DNA of 64,000 nucleotides from Cyanophyceae cyanobacterium. GTDB taxonomy: Bacteria; Cyanobacteriota; Cyanobacteriia; Cyanobacteriales; Laspinemataceae. Both the position numbers and the translations under genes were made by a program. This document shows, in pieces, positions 18,101 through 27,542 of this stretch. The stretch is taken from assembly GCA_038321985.1 (NCBI GenBank), contig JBBQFN010000003.1:160001-224000 (forward strand), in the 5' to 3' direction. A model generated the notes under the pieces. The model saw only the letters and a list, made by a program, of their open reading frames with translations. It made no database searches and had not been told where the DNA came from. Numbering within the stretch: the stretch's first letter is position 1; each line of letters starts with the position of its first letter.

Positions 18101-21054
18101 ATGGGAACACCTCGGAATCTCCCCACGCTTATGCTATTTACGGGACATTCTTGGGCGTCCTCCTCACCGATTTTGAAATTAGCCATCAATTGGGTGAAGT
18201 AGCACTTCATCTATTGCAGCAATTAAATGATAAAAAAAATAAAGCCAAGACGATTTACATTGTCAATTGCTTTTTAATGCACTGCAAGCTCCATATCCGG
18301 GAAACCTTAAAACCCTTACTTGATACCTACGCGATTGGGCTGGAAACTGGAGATTTACAATATGGACCTTATGGTATTTATGTCTATTCCATCCACTCCT
18401 ACTTTATCGGAAAAGAACTGACTGAATTGGAACGAGAGATGGCAGTTTATAGCGCCGAGTTATTTAAGCTCAAGCAAGAAACCCCCTTACAAAAAATTGA
18501 ACTGTATCGGCAAGTTGTTTTAAATTTAATGGGAAACTCTGAAAATCCATCGGTATTAAAAGGGGAAGCCTATGATGAAAAAACCATGCTGCCCATTCAT
18601 CAAAAAGCTAATGATATTAATTGTTTGGGTTATCTGTATTTAAATAAATTAATTTTAGCTTATCTGTTCGACCAAAGCGATTGTCTCCTGGAATGGTCGG
18701 AACTAACTCAACAGTATTTATCTGGGGTCCGAGGCATGATTCTCGTGCCGATTTTCTATTTTTATGATTCATTAATTCAGTTAGCACAGCTAGGGGACTG
18801 CCTTTCTTCCAGTACAAGCAGCGACCGGGTTAAAACCAAGCAAATTTTAAAAAAAGTCACCACTAATCAAAAGAAACTCCAGAAAATTGCCGGCACTGCT
18901 CCCATGAATTATCGGCACAAATTTGACTTAGTAGAAGCTGAACGGTATCGAATCTTGGGAGAAGAACTTAAAGCAATAAACGCCTATGAAATTGCCATTG
19001 CTGGGGCCAAAGAACAGGACTATACCAATGAAGTAGCGCTCGCTTATGAACTAGCCGGCAAATTTTATCTAGCCAACCGGAGAGAATTAACGGCTAAAGC
19101 CTATTTACAAGAGTCCCGATATTGGTATCTGCGATGGGGGGCAACTCGCAAAGTTAAACAATTAGATGAAACCTATCCTCAGTTACTTCGGTCTCATCAC
19201 CCCGTTGCAGTGGATTCTCAAAAGACGATTTCCAGTACCGGAAAAAGTTCGGGACATTTGCTAGACCTAGCCACTATTTTAAAAGCAACTAATGCCCTGG
19301 CCGGAGAAATTCTGCTCGATAACCTACTGGTTAAATTGATGAATGTCATTTTAGAAAATACCGGGGCGGAAAAAGGTTGTTTAGTTTTGAAAAATAAAGA
19401 AGAATTGCGGGTGGAAGCCTCGGGAGGCGTAGCCAGTGAACATATTACGGTCTTGCAATCCGTTCCCCTCGATCGCAGCCCGGATCTATCCTCTATGATT
19501 GTCAATTATGTAGCCCGGACTAAAGAGAGTGTCGTCTTAAATGATGCCACCCATGAAGGCAAATTTACGAATGATCCTTATATAGAAAAGACTCAACCGA
19601 AATCAATTTTATGCGTTCCTCTCATCGATCGCGGTCAATTGATCGGGATTGCTTATTTAGAAAATAATCTCGCCACCGATGCCTTTACTGCCGCCCGAGT
19701 AGAAGTTGTCAAACTACTCTCGGCACAAGCCGCCATTTCAATTGAAAATGCTAAATTATATGTTGAAGTCCGCGCCAGTGAAAGCCGGTTAACTCAATTT
19801 TTAGAAGCAATGCCCGTCGGAGTCGGTGCAGTTGATACCCAGGGTCAACCCCAATATGTGAACCGCATGGCCCAGGAATTACTGGGTCAAGGCGTTGCAC
19901 CAAATGCCACTGCAGACGAAATCTCCGAAGTTTATCAATTGTATCGCGCCGGAACCCAGGAAATTTACCCTTCGGAGGAATTATCGGTGGTTCGGGCATT
20001 GCATGGGGAAAAAACCCACCTTGATGATATGGAAATCCATCAAGGAGAGAAGATTATCCCCATTGAAAGTCGCGGAACTCCCATTTATGATGAAAAGGGA
20101 AATATTCTCTATGCGATCGTCGCCTTTCAAGATATTACTGATCGCAAAACCGCTGAACGGGAACGGGAACGCCTACTAGCAGACTTGTCTCAACTGAATG
20201 CTGAATTAAAAAAAGCGCTGTTAGCCGAAGAAGCCTTAACCGAAGCAGCCCAACGATTTGTACCCAATCAGTTCCTCTCGTTTCTCGGATATGATAGCCT
20301 TGTAGATGTCAAAGTCGGGGATGCAGTTCAAAAAGAAATGTCCATTTTATTTACGGATATTCGCGACTTTACCACCCTATCCGAAACCTTGACCCCCGAA
20401 CAAAATTTTAAATTTATTAACTCCTATCTCTCTCGGATGGAACCGGCGATTTTGGAGAATCAAGGGTTTATTGATAAGTTTATTGGCGATGCAATTATGG
20501 CTTTATTTGGGGGGGATGCAGATGATGCCGTAAAAGCCGGTTTGTCTATGTTAGAACGCCTGGAAGAATATAATCAACATCGCCAGACTTCCGGCTATCT
20601 TCCGATTCAAATTGGAGTAGGAATTAATACGGGAGATTTGATGTTGGGGACGGTGGGTGGAAAAAATCGGATGAATGGTACGGTAATTAGCGATGCGGTG
20701 AATTTAGCCTCTCGGGTAGAAAGTTTGACGAAAAATTATGGGGTATCATTGTTAATTACTCACCATACTTTTTTACGCTTAAAAAATCCGTCTCATTATG
20801 CCATTCGCACGATCGCCCGGGTTCAAGTTAAGGGAAAATCGGAATTGGTAACGGTGTATGAGGTGTTCGATACTGACCCGCCCGAGGTAAAAGCCGGTAA
20901 ATTTTCCACCCTAGAACTCTTTTCGGAAGCGCGATCGTTCTATGAATTTGAGCGTTGGGCAGAAGCAGCCGCTAAGTTTCAAGCCTGTCTACATCAAAAT
21001 CCGGGCGATAAAGTGGCTAATATTTATTTGAAAAAATGTCAACAATTCCTCTAA
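15199..21054 (+). CDS. Ser/Thr kinase-AAA ATPase-GAF-PAS-class III adenylate cyclase multidomain protein
   Basis: HKDINPAN and DFG; Walker A GYSGIGKS; FLDDLQWAD; GAF; PAS; FTDIRDFT, DKFIGDAIMA, VISDAVNLASRVE. Confidence 0.95.
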   Translation: MIPGYEILHLIYESHNSVVYRGFRLADNQPVILKVLKQDYPSPEELRRYQQEYEITHHLKLEGVGISLELKTVQNAPVIIFEDFGGESLSQWKGDRPLTLEEFLSIGIQITECLSQIHAAHIIHKDINPANIVLNPETGQLKIIDFGISTILSRENPTLNNPNVLEGTLPYISPEQTGRMNRAIDYRTDFYSLGVTFYGLLADRLPFESDDPLEWVHCHIAKQPIPLPEVNPKIPKILGDIVLKLMAKTAENRYQSARGLKADLEVCLDQFKTTGIISAFTLGSQDISDKFHIPQKLYGREAEIQTLITAFERVAAGEKSSVTRVTRPYSPQQLSPSQMMLVSGYSGIGKSAIVHEIYKPLTEKKGYFISGKFDQYQRDIPYSAFIQAFTELVEQLLTESETQLQEWRDKILFQLGANTSVIIEAIAVVELIVGKQPPLPLLPPAESLNRFRLGFQNFIRIFSSPAHPLAIFLDDLQWADRPSLDLIQLLMNGSEMGLFLIGAYRDNEVTAAHPLMLTIANIRESGATVNEIFLTPLELPTVRCLIADTLHCSSDCAQPLAELAIAKTGGNPFFLTEFLKSLYTEGLLEFDYNRGGWEWDLERIQSQGFSENVVELMASKIQKLPEEAQEVLKRAACIGNQFPLKTLALVCEKSPRKTASLLYLAVSEGLVLPLSPMGDWGVGVEESEQPATPSSVQRFGKLNLRKLRGEYKFVHDRIQQAAYSLIPDADQDAIHQQVGYLLLNNTAPQEREEKIFEIVNALNKGRLLILEPSQREELARLNLLAGQKAKASAAYQPAFKYLQTGLELLEKSRWQTQYELTISLYVEAAEAAYLCGELMPMQHWVNEVLNRAQTLMDKVKVYEIKIQAGKSQNQSIEAIATALEVLKLLGIKFPKKPNKFHALQALIYSKLLFKGKQPRDLLDLPPMSDRNIQAAMRILSSIAAAAYIAFPDLSPLLGFKQFELSVKYGNTSESPHAYAIYGTFLGVLLTDFEISHQLGEVALHLLQQLNDKKNKAKTIYIVNCFLMHCKLHIRETLKPLLDTYAIGLETGDLQYGPYGIYVYSIHSYFIGKELTELEREMAVYSAELFKLKQETPLQKIELYRQVVLNLMGNSENPSVLKGEAYDEKTMLPIHQKANDINCLGYLYLNKLILAYLFDQSDCLLEWSELTQQYLSGVRGMILVPIFYFYDSLIQLAQLGDCLSSSTSSDRVKTKQILKKVTTNQKKLQKIAGTAPMNYRHKFDLVEAERYRILGEELKAINAYEIAIAGAKEQDYTNEVALAYELAGKFYLANRRELTAKAYLQESRYWYLRWGATRKVKQLDETYPQLLRSHHPVAVDSQKTISSTGKSSGHLLDLATILKATNALAGEILLDNLLVKLMNVILENTGAEKGCLVLKNKEELRVEASGGVASEHITVLQSVPLDRSPDLSSMIVNYVARTKESVVLNDATHEGKFTNDPYIEKTQPKSILCVPLIDRGQLIGIAYLENNLATDAFTAARVEVVKLLSAQAAISIENAKLYVEVRASESRLTQFLEAMPVGVGAVDTQGQPQYVNRMAQELLGQGVAPNATADEISEVYQLYRAGTQEIYPSEELSVVRALHGEKTHLDDMEIHQGEKIIPIESRGTPIYDEKGNILYAIVAFQDITDRKTAERERERLLADLSQLNAELKKALLAEEALTEAAQRFVPNQFLSFLGYDSLVDVKVGDAVQKEMSILFTDIRDFTTLSETLTPEQNFKFINSYLSRMEPAILENQGFIDKFIGDAIMALFGGDADDAVKAGLSMLERLEEYNQHRQTSGYLPIQIGVGINTGDLMLGTVGGKNRMNGTVISDAVNLASRVESLTKNYGVSLLITHHTFLRLKNPSHYAIRTIARVQVKGKSELVTVYEVFDTDPPEVKAGKFSTLELFSEARSFYEFERWAEAAAKFQACLHQNPGDKVANIYLKKCQQFL

Positions 21055-21095
21055 AATTCGGTTAAGTGACCCGGAGTTTCCGTAGGCGCTAGTCC

Positions 21096-21137
21096 ATTAA
21101 AAAAGACACCTCATTTTAAATGAGATGTCTTTTTAAT
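21096..21137. terminator. Bidirectional terminator-like hairpin
   Basis: AAAAAGACACCTCATTT / AAATGAGATGTCTTTTT between the cyclase gene and the convergent tRNA. Confidence 0.7.
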
Positions 21138-21157
21138 CCTGCCGCACTGCGGTATAA

Positions 21158-21230
21158 TACCCCCAGGGGAATTCGAATCCCCGTCGCCTCCGTGAAAGGG
21201 AGGTGTCCTAGGCCTCTAGACGATGGGGGC
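21158..21230 (-). tRNA. trnE: tRNA-Glu (anticodon UUC), CCA not encoded
   Basis: GCCCCCATCGTCTAGAGGCCTAGGACACCTCCC-TTTCAC-GGAGGCGACGGGGATTCGAATTCCCCTGGGGGTA cloverleaf. Confidence 0.97.
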
Positions 21231-21293
21231 AGGTAGTTCGTGCTTTTTTGAGGTGGTCTTTGCGTTTTTTCGCTTGCCCTCAGCACCTTTTAT

Positions 21294-21322
21294 ATATTAA
21301 CCAGGTTGCCTAGGATTGTCAA
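21294..21322 (-). promoter_or_regulatory. Sigma70-type promoter of tRNA-Glu
   Basis: Minus strand TTGACA-17 nt-TAATAT. Confidence 0.75.
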
Positions 21323-21490
21323 GCCCTTTTTTTAAAAAATTTTAGAGGTTTTAGAAAAATGGCTAAAAAGTCTTGGCGGACAAGGGTTTGAGCGGTTATT
21401 TTTGATTTAGCCCTGCCTCAGCTATCAAGGGGGGCTAAATAACAGGATGGGACGAGATGAATATCCAATCGGGGGGAATCCGAGTTGGGG

Positions 21491-22534
21491 TTATTCCTGG
21501 AGGCAGTACCGTTGGAGAATGCGAATGCAGTTGGCGATCGCCCCGAGATGGGCAATCTCATAGCCGTGGGTATTCTGAGTAGGAAAGCCCAAACAGGCAG
21601 CCCGGGCGACATGGCCGAATTTCATGGCGATCGACCCATCACTACCAAACCCACTAATCGTCGCCAGTTGCAACGAGATCGCCCCCTCTGTTGCTGCCTG
21701 TCGAATCTCCCGATTCAAGCCTTCATCATAAATCCCATACCCATCCTGAGACAGCAACACCGGCACCTCCCCCTCGGCAATCGGATATTCCGGGGCCACA
21801 GGACAAATTTCTAAAGCAATTAAGGCATCTAACCGTTGTCGGTTGGTAAAATACAAGGCCCCCACTGCCCCGACTTCTTCCTTGGCTGAGGCTACCCAAT
21901 AAATATCTGCGGGGGGATTCTTCACGGTTTCCGCTAGGGCCAACAAAACTGCCACGGATGCTTTATTGTCCAGGGTGTAACTGGCGATATAATCCCCCAT
22001 CCGAAAGGGTTTCTTGCGATGTTTGCCGACTACCATCCGGGTTCCTGGGCGCACTCCTGCCTCCGCTAATACCTCGGCAGTGCATTTGGTTTCCACCCAG
22101 GCATCTTCCCACTGCAAGGGGGTATCTTTCTGAAATGCCTGCTGCGGTGATTCGTGAGAGATGTGACGGGATCCAAAGCTAAGGATGCCACTAACAACCT
22201 GGCGATCGCCCAAAAAATCCACGACTCCCTCCCCATAGATCCAGGGAAACGAACCGCCCAATTTGCGGACTTGCACTCGTCCATTGGGTTCTACGGTTTT
22301 AACGACCGCCCCGATTTCATCTTTATGCCCAGTAATCGCAATCGACGGACCCCCCGGGCGTCCCGGAGTTTTGGCAATCACATTTCCTGCCGCATCCTGC
22401 CACACCTCTACGCCAATGTCCTGAAATCGATTCAATAACCAGCGATCGATTTCCCCCTCATCCCCACTGGGCGAATGATGCAACACTAACGTTTCAATCG
22501 TCTCAAATAAGCGATCGTAATCTAACGGTGACAT
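21491..22534 (-). CDS. M42 family metallopeptidase
   Basis: SPSGDE, GHKDEIG, LDNKAS, AKEEVG, GSDG, THGYE. Confidence 0.9.
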   Translation of the reverse strand: MSPLDYDRLFETIETLVLHHSPSGDEGEIDRWLLNRFQDIGVEVWQDAAGNVIAKTPGRPGGPSIAITGHKDEIGAVVKTVEPNGRVQVRKLGGSFPWIYGEGVVDFLGDRQVVSGILSFGSRHISHESPQQAFQKDTPLQWEDAWVETKCTAEVLAEAGVRPGTRMVVGKHRKKPFRMGDYIASYTLDNKASVAVLLALAETVKNPPADIYWVASAKEEVGAVGALYFTNRQRLDALIALEICPVAPEYPIAEGEVPVLLSQDGYGIYDEGLNREIRQAATEGAISLQLATISGFGSDGSIAMKFGHVARAACLGFPTQNTHGYEIAHLGAIANCIRILQRYCLQE

Positions 22535-22622
22535 TTTTATTTATTTTCCTCGATTCCCTGTTCTATTTTCTTCTATTTTCCGATAGGAAAAGCTAACGGA
22601 CCGTAGAAGTTTTTTTTAAAAT

Positions 22623-23201
22623 TTAGGGCAGATTGGGATTAAGATCAGCCCCAGCATAACCTGTAAATAGCCAGAGAATTGAGCGCAAGCAATCTCGGAG
22701 AATTCGCCAGGAGGACTCGGCAGGAAATCCAGGAGAAGGGACTGCAATCGGGGTGATGATGATCCCGCGACTGCCAAAAATAAAAATAGCGATCGCCCGC
22801 GATCGGCGGATATGATAATCCGAGGTGATTAAATAAACATGACGCAGACCTTGGGATACCAACTCCTCACGCATATAGGTAAAATTGGTCACCGTATCGG
22901 TGGATTGCACTTCCAAATGGAGTTGAGATTCTGGTACTCCCGCTTCCTGGAAAATGCGACGATAGCCCGGATTATCCACCTCGAATCCCGACAGCCAGAT
23001 ATCTAGACTGGAATGCTGCTGCCAAAATTCTGCTGCAAACGGCATCCGCTTGGCGTCTCCCCCGAGAACCACAATTGCCTGGGGAATTGGGGCTAAAATG
23101 CGGGCGATCGCAATTTGTAGGGGAATCCATCCCACTAGGATCACCAGTGCTAGGGTCAGGAGTAACCCCCCTACATTTTTATGGAGTAAGTGCTGTCTCA
23201 C
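22623..23201 (-). CDS. YdcF/DUF218 family protein
   Basis: N-terminal TM, IVVLGG, STDTVTN, LITSDYHIRRS; GTGA overlap with the upstream gene. Confidence 0.85.
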   Translation of the reverse strand: MRQHLLHKNVGGLLLTLALVILVGWIPLQIAIARILAPIPQAIVVLGGDAKRMPFAAEFWQQHSSLDIWLSGFEVDNPGYRRIFQEAGVPESQLHLEVQSTDTVTNFTYMREELVSQGLRHVYLITSDYHIRRSRAIAIFIFGSRGIIITPIAVPSPGFPAESSWRILRDCLRSILWLFTGYAGADLNPNLP

Positions 23202-23842
23202 TTCGAGTCTGAACTCTTTACAAATGGCTGGGTTGAAGGGCGATCGCCTTGCCCCGACCCTTGGAGGTTTTCAGGCTTTTGATAGAGGGTACAAAAGACT
23301 CGATCTAGGACAGGCATAAGGATAGAAAAATTCAGATCCGGTCTGACGTGATGAAGGAAATGATGTTTTTGCAGCGATCGCAATAAGGGATTTTTAAACC
23401 GCACATGATGGATGCAGTGGTGAACGAAACAGTAAGCAATATAGAATAGCCAAAAAAATGCCATAAAAAGTCCAAGTTGAGCCGGTTCGCACACCAACGC
23501 CAGGGTGTGGAAAATCCCTAAAATCACCAGAGTCGTGAGATACCAAGGTATCCCTAACAAAGATTTTGGGTTTTCGTGATGCAGATTGTGACCAATTCCC
23601 ACAAGCGCCAGGTTGTGATAAATATAGCGATGGGTCAAATATTCCACTCCACACCAAATCAGATAGCCAGCGATCGCAAATAGTACCCATTGTGGTAACG
23701 GAACCAGCACTTGTCTTTCTGCTACTGCATGGCTACCAAACCAGACCACCAGGCTGAGATTCACGACATATCCAAACCAATAATTAAATCGCGACGACAA
23801 GAGTTGATGGAGAAAATCAGTCCTGCTGGCTGTTGTATTCAT
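23198..23842 (-). CDS. Sterol desaturase / fatty-acid hydroxylase family protein
   Basis: His boxes HRYIYH, HNLHH, HHCIHH, HHFLHH with TM helices. Confidence 0.88.
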   Translation of the reverse strand: MNTTASRTDFLHQLLSSRFNYWFGYVVNLSLVVWFGSHAVAERQVLVPLPQWVLFAIAGYLIWCGVEYLTHRYIYHNLALVGIGHNLHHENPKSLLGIPWYLTTLVILGIFHTLALVCEPAQLGLFMAFFWLFYIAYCFVHHCIHHVRFKNPLLRSLQKHHFLHHVRPDLNFSILMPVLDRVFCTLYQKPENLQGSGQGDRPSTQPFVKSSDSK

Positions 23843-23981
23843 CTAAAGTCCCTACCTCCAGGGAGTACGCAGTTTTTAGGAAATGATATCTTACTCAGTC
23901 ACCCAAAACAGAGAGTTTCCCCTATAACCGTTTTTGACCCCACGGAATCGCCCCTTGAATCACTCCCCGGGGCGATCGCCC

Positions 23982-25340
23982 TTACGGGGTCACCGGACTG
24001 GGATTTGCCATTGCATCCGGAACCGTTAGCCCTTCCCCTTGGGACCCAAAAAACCACAAGGCAGCAGCAGCTTCTGCCCGCGTCACTTCTTTTTTGGGTT
24101 GAAACAGGGTAGTATAACCAAAAGCACGGCGAATATTTGACCGTTCCCCATTCTGATAATCGGCATACACCGCCCGCAACGCATTCGGGTCAATTTTCCC
24201 CGCATCTTGGAAGCCCCAAGTTTCTTTGATTGCATCTACTGATGCGCTAGGTAAATTGCTGCGGATATCTAACGGTACTTTCCACAACAGCAGTTGTTCT
24301 CGGATGACGGGTGCATCGGGGCGAAAGGTAGTGGCGTTACTATCCCCACCTAATGAACTGGGAATAATGCCGGCTTCGGCTAATCCTTGAATCACGGCGA
24401 AATCGGGATGGTTCGTACTCACATCGGAAAAGGCCGGTTTAGCCGTAGCGGCTGCCAATCGGACCTGTTTTCCCGGTTGGTTGGCATAGATTTTATTATT
24501 CACTTCCAACAACCATCGGGCAAATTGTTTCCGACTAATCCCTTGGTTGAAATCTACCGGGGATTCCGTAGCATTCGCGTTGCCATTTCCCGAGGGTTTA
24601 GCAATCTCAATTCCCATTTTTTCCAAGTCTACGAGATAGGGTCGCAACTGTTCGGGAACCGAATCAAGTTCCGCCCGGTTGGCGGATGCAGTCGATGTTT
24701 CCGGGGTCGTTTGAGAGGTGGGAGTTGCGGCTTCAAGGACGATCGTATCTGGGAGTGGAGACGCGGGGGTTTTGTCCGTCGTTTCTGCCGAATTAGAGCG
24801 AACATAACCCACCACAAATTCAACCATTTCCGGGAGATTTTCCCCGGTTACAACTTGCGGTTCTACGGCAATATTCACCACTAAATCCAGCCCTCGACGC
24901 GCCATCAAACTAGGGGGTGTTTCCCCTTGAGTTACTGGGGGCAAAATTTGCCAATCCGGCTGCTTAAATTGTTCTTCGTAAAACTTTAGAACTTGTTCCG
25001 TCCTGTCTGAAGTTTGCCAGAGGGTTTTCACCCCAGGATCAGCCGCTGCGGATCCGGCTGTCTCATTGGGTGCGATCGTACGGATCAACTCGGCATTTGG
25101 ATACAGCGGAATTGTCTGAGGGAAATCCTCCGGGAGTGCGGTAGAGAACGCCTCGGACTCAGATGAGGGACTTGGAGGTGCGGGAGGTTCCACAAGAATC
25201 ACCCCATTCTCTTCTAGCTGGGGATCCGCCGCAAAATTTCGCTCTAAAGTTTGACTATTCGGACTGTTAGCACAGGCACTCAAGCCGACTATCAGAGCGA
25301 TCGCCGCAAGGGATACAGATACAGGTTTAAACAACAGCAC
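23982..25340 (-). CDS. SLH (S-layer homology) domain lipoprotein
   Basis: Lipobox LSAC; FSDV...LAEAGII, FRPDAPVIRE, FQPKKEVTRAEAA. Confidence 0.88.
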   Translation of the reverse strand: MLLFKPVSVSLAAIALIVGLSACANSPNSQTLERNFAADPQLEENGVILVEPPAPPSPSSESEAFSTALPEDFPQTIPLYPNAELIRTIAPNETAGSAAADPGVKTLWQTSDRTEQVLKFYEEQFKQPDWQILPPVTQGETPPSLMARRGLDLVVNIAVEPQVVTGENLPEMVEFVVGYVRSNSAETTDKTPASPLPDTIVLEAATPTSQTTPETSTASANRAELDSVPEQLRPYLVDLEKMGIEIAKPSGNGNANATESPVDFNQGISRKQFARWLLEVNNKIYANQPGKQVRLAAATAKPAFSDVSTNHPDFAVIQGLAEAGIIPSSLGGDSNATTFRPDAPVIREQLLLWKVPLDIRSNLPSASVDAIKETWGFQDAGKIDPNALRAVYADYQNGERSNIRRAFGYTTLFQPKKEVTRAEAAAALWFFGSQGEGLTVPDAMANPSPVTP

Positions 25341-25448
25341 GATTCAATAGAAGAAACAATATACGCTATTTCTACGCTAACGTAGTTTCGCAAAATTGAT
25401 GGAATTTCACTGCCTTTCATTTTCCAGGAAGGAGTTAGGGCATGACCC

Positions 25449-26315
25449 CTAAAGTCTGAGGGTCAGCTGTCGGAGAATGGCAAAACTTAGCAGTCTACCT
25501 GGAACACTCGACTTTTTCAGCACCTCCAACCGGATAAAGCGTCCTGTTACCAGACGTCCGATGCCTTTGAGACGTGCCTGGAGTCGGACTTTCCATAACT
25601 TGAAACTCTCCTTTTGTTCTGGGGAGGCATACATCGGTGAAAAGGCCAGTTTTCCATAAAGAACATCAGCGCGATGGCTGCTACTGAGTTGATTTTGACG
25701 GTGTTCGGGATTCGGACGTCCACCATGTTCTCCATAGTTACGAAAAGGAAGGTAATTTTTTAATTTTTTTTGCCGCAAAAAAGAATCAATTTCTGAATCC
25801 CAAGCTGAGTAATTAGTAGGTCCAATTTTATTTTTTATGCCCTCCGCAAGGGCTATCAAAAATTGCGCGCTATGAGCTGTAATTATATAGGCAACCATTG
25901 AGGTAGAAAATCCCTCCGCATAGCCTTCGGGGGAAACACTATAAATTTGGGGGGCGCAGGTATAAAGCCAGGTAATTCCCATATCTGTGCGATCGCCGGG
26001 ATAAGGTAAAGGCAGTTGTCCAAATCCCCGCACAGGTACAAAATCCGCTTCTATAATTAAAGTGGGTTTCGCTTCACTCAGGGCTGTTTCCCAGGCGGAT
26101 CGATGGTTAAGCATACAGCGATAACTGGGTGAAAAACCCTGCATTGCTGGATTTTCTAACTGTCGCACCACTTCCGGGGTGAAGCCTTCCGCCAACAAAG
26201 TCTTCTCCAGCAAATCCGTCGGTTCTTTGTACGCAATAATCAACACCTTGCCAATGCGATCGCCCAGTCGATTGGGACTGGGCGGCTGTTCCGTAGCCTC
26301 ATCGATTGCCGTCAT
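25449..26315 (-). CDS. Glycosyltransferase, GT25-like (LPS/EPS biosynthesis)
   Basis: CMLNHRSAWE, LIIEADF, STSMVAYIIT..A motifs. Confidence 0.7.
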   Translation of the reverse strand: MTAIDEATEQPPSPNRLGDRIGKVLIIAYKEPTDLLEKTLLAEGFTPEVVRQLENPAMQGFSPSYRCMLNHRSAWETALSEAKPTLIIEADFVPVRGFGQLPLPYPGDRTDMGITWLYTCAPQIYSVSPEGYAEGFSTSMVAYIITAHSAQFLIALAEGIKNKIGPTNYSAWDSEIDSFLRQKKLKNYLPFRNYGEHGGRPNPEHRQNQLSSSHRADVLYGKLAFSPMYASPEQKESFKLWKVRLQARLKGIGRLVTGRFIRLEVLKKSSVPGRLLSFAILRQLTLRL

Positions 26316-26453
26316 TGCTTCTGCCCATAAGTTGATAATTATAGTTTACCCCGGAACACAGATAACCCGACCTGGCCCGAATTTCGGACAAAATTTTCCC
26401 AAAATTTAGGGATAATTCCGCGTTTTGCGAGTAGAATTCTGGGTGAGACAGAA

Positions 26454-27542
26454 TTACCGGGTGAGATTTTCCAGTGCCTCCATCGCATTCTGATACTTTT
26501 GGGTTAACCCTTGTTGTTGATAGAGTTGTGCAGCTTTTTGAAAATCTGCCCGCGCTGATTGCGAGTCCCCCAAACGTTGGTAAGTCAGCCCCCGGTTATA
26601 ATAGGCTTCTCCTAAATTAGAATTAAACCGAATCGCTTGGGTATAATCGGCGATCGCATCGGGAAACTGTTCCAGTAAAGCGTAGGCAACCCCCCGATTT
26701 AAGTAGGAACTGGCATCAGCATCATTAATCTCGATCGCCTTCGTATAATCGGCGATCGCACCGCGATAATCTTCCAACCGGCGGCGAGTAATCCCTCGGT
26801 TATAATAGGCTTGAGCTAGAGTCGGATCAAGTTGCAGCGCTTTCTCGTAATCCGCCAGTGCCGCTTCACGATCCCCTTGATCATCATAAGCATTTCCCCG
26901 AAAAACATAGGCGAGGGCATCATTGGCATCCAGTTGGATGACGCGATTAAAATCTTCGATACTTCCCTGAAAATCCCCACTCCGGGCGCGACTTTGCCCC
27001 CGTCTTCTATAAAAAGTCGGATTATCCGGTGCCAGTTCGATCGCCCGGTTATAATCTGCGATCGCCCGCTCAAACTCGCCCTGTTCCGTCTGTGCCTCTC
27101 CTCTAAGCATATAAGCATCGGCATCCCTAGGATTCTCTTCAATCACCCGATCAAAATCCGCGATCGCTGCCTGATACTCTTCTAAATATAGATAATCCAA
27201 AGCCCGTAACCCATAAAGTTGGGTATTTTCAGGCTGGATTTGTAGAACTTGCGTAAAATCTTGCACCGCACCCCGATAGTCCTCACTTCGATGACGCGCA
27301 ATCCCCCGGGCTGTATAAGCCTCCGTCAATGCCGGATTTAGTTCAATCGCCCGAGTTAAATCTGCGATCGCCCCGGCATAGTCTTCCGCCTCCAATTTCT
27401 GCACCCCTTCCGTCAAGAAATCTTGGGGACGAGTTTGGGCGACTGCCTCACGTACAGCCAACACCGGCACAATTCCCGCACCTCCCATTAGGGCAATCAT
27501 CAGTCCCAAAGTAGGGAAAGCAGCATTTAGAGTTAGATTCAT
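26454..27542 (-). CDS. Exported TPR-repeat protein
   Basis: Signal peptide and about 9 TPR units (AYYNRG...AIADYTKAI). Confidence 0.92.
   Translation of the reverse strand: MNLTLNAAFPTLGLMIALMGGAGIVPVLAVREAVAQTRPQDFLTEGVQKLEAEDYAGAIADLTRAIELNPALTEAYTARGIARHRSEDYRGAVQDFTQVLQIQPENTQLYGLRALDYLYLEEYQAAIADFDRVIEENPRDADAYMLRGEAQTEQGEFERAIADYNRAIELAPDNPTFYRRRGQSRARSGDFQGSIEDFNRVIQLDANDALAYVFRGNAYDDQGDREAALADYEKALQLDPTLAQAYYNRGITRRRLEDYRGAIADYTKAIEINDADASSYLNRGVAYALLEQFPDAIADYTQAIRFNSNLGEAYYNRGLTYQRLGDSQSARADFQKAAQLYQQQGLTQKYQNAMEALENLTR

Noticed and set aside
21054..21490. tRNA-Glu as a possible island integration site
   Set aside because: No integrase, no duplicated tRNA 3' end and no compositional break nearby
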